Source of the DNA: the human T2T-CHM13v2.0 reference genome, Homo sapiens
Length of the DNA: 64,000 nt
Assembly (NCBI GenBank): GCA_009914755.4
Contig: CP086569.2
Coordinates: 672,001 to 736,000, forward strand
Direction: 5' to 3'
Shown: piece after piece, positions 63,886 to 64,000 of the stretch
How positions within the stretch are numbered: position 1 is the stretch's first letter
How the letters are laid out: every line of letters starts with the position of its first letter
Position numbers and translations under genes: made by a program
Notes under the pieces: model-generated
What the model saw: only the letters and a program-made list of their open reading frames with translations
Database searches by the model: none
Told to the model about the DNA's origin: nothing

Positions 63886-64000
63886 GGCCGGGTGCTGTGG
63901 TTCACGCCTGTAATCCCAGCACTTTGGGACGTGGAGGAGGGCGGATCACCTGAGCTTGGGAGTTCGGGACGAGCCTGACCAACATGGAGAAACCCTGTCT
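63886..64000 (+). mobile_element. Alu SINE 5' part (cut by the window end)
   Basis: GGCCGGGTGCTGTGGTTCACGCCTGTAATCCCAGCACTTTGGGACGTGGAGGAGGGCGGATCACCTGAGCTTGGGAGTTCGGGACGAGCCTGACCAACATGGAGAAACCCTGTCT. Confidence 0.9.

Overview
This 64-kb window is primate (human-type) nuclear DNA, not a prokaryotic or phage segment. It is saturated with Alu SINEs (about 60 full or partial copies, many with clean target-site duplications), L1 3'-end fragments, a MaLR/MLT1-like LTR cluster, and an unusually large number of tandem arrays, together more than 10 kb. These include TTATAA-type, 32-bp, 28-30-bp, 41-bp, 48-bp, 158-bp and 170-bp units, kb-scale compound TA/TC, AT-rich, GT/CA-rich and polypyrimidine tracts. 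I find no convincing protein-coding gene. Almost every ORF in the six-frame track is a translation of Alu sequence (typical [36 protein letters not shown] and PAWPTW peptides), of L1 ORF2 remnants, or of low-complexity repeats, which have few stop codons in one frame. The interesting content is structural. There are several local duplications and inversions, with tandem amplification of transposon pieces (Alu left monomers, an L1 ORF2 segment, an MLT1 LTR). There are filled and empty Alu sites between paralogous segments, and Alu-derived palindromes. A CpG-rich 170-bp VNTR is present. Several unique blocks retain many CpGs and homeodomain-like AT motifs and look like conserved non-coding elements. 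The overall architecture suggests an unstable, duplication-prone, gene-poor region, possibly subtelomeric or pericentromeric or a gene desert near a developmental gene. The sequence alone does not show any novel biological system in the sense of an operon or defence island. All coordinates are approximate to about 10 bp.
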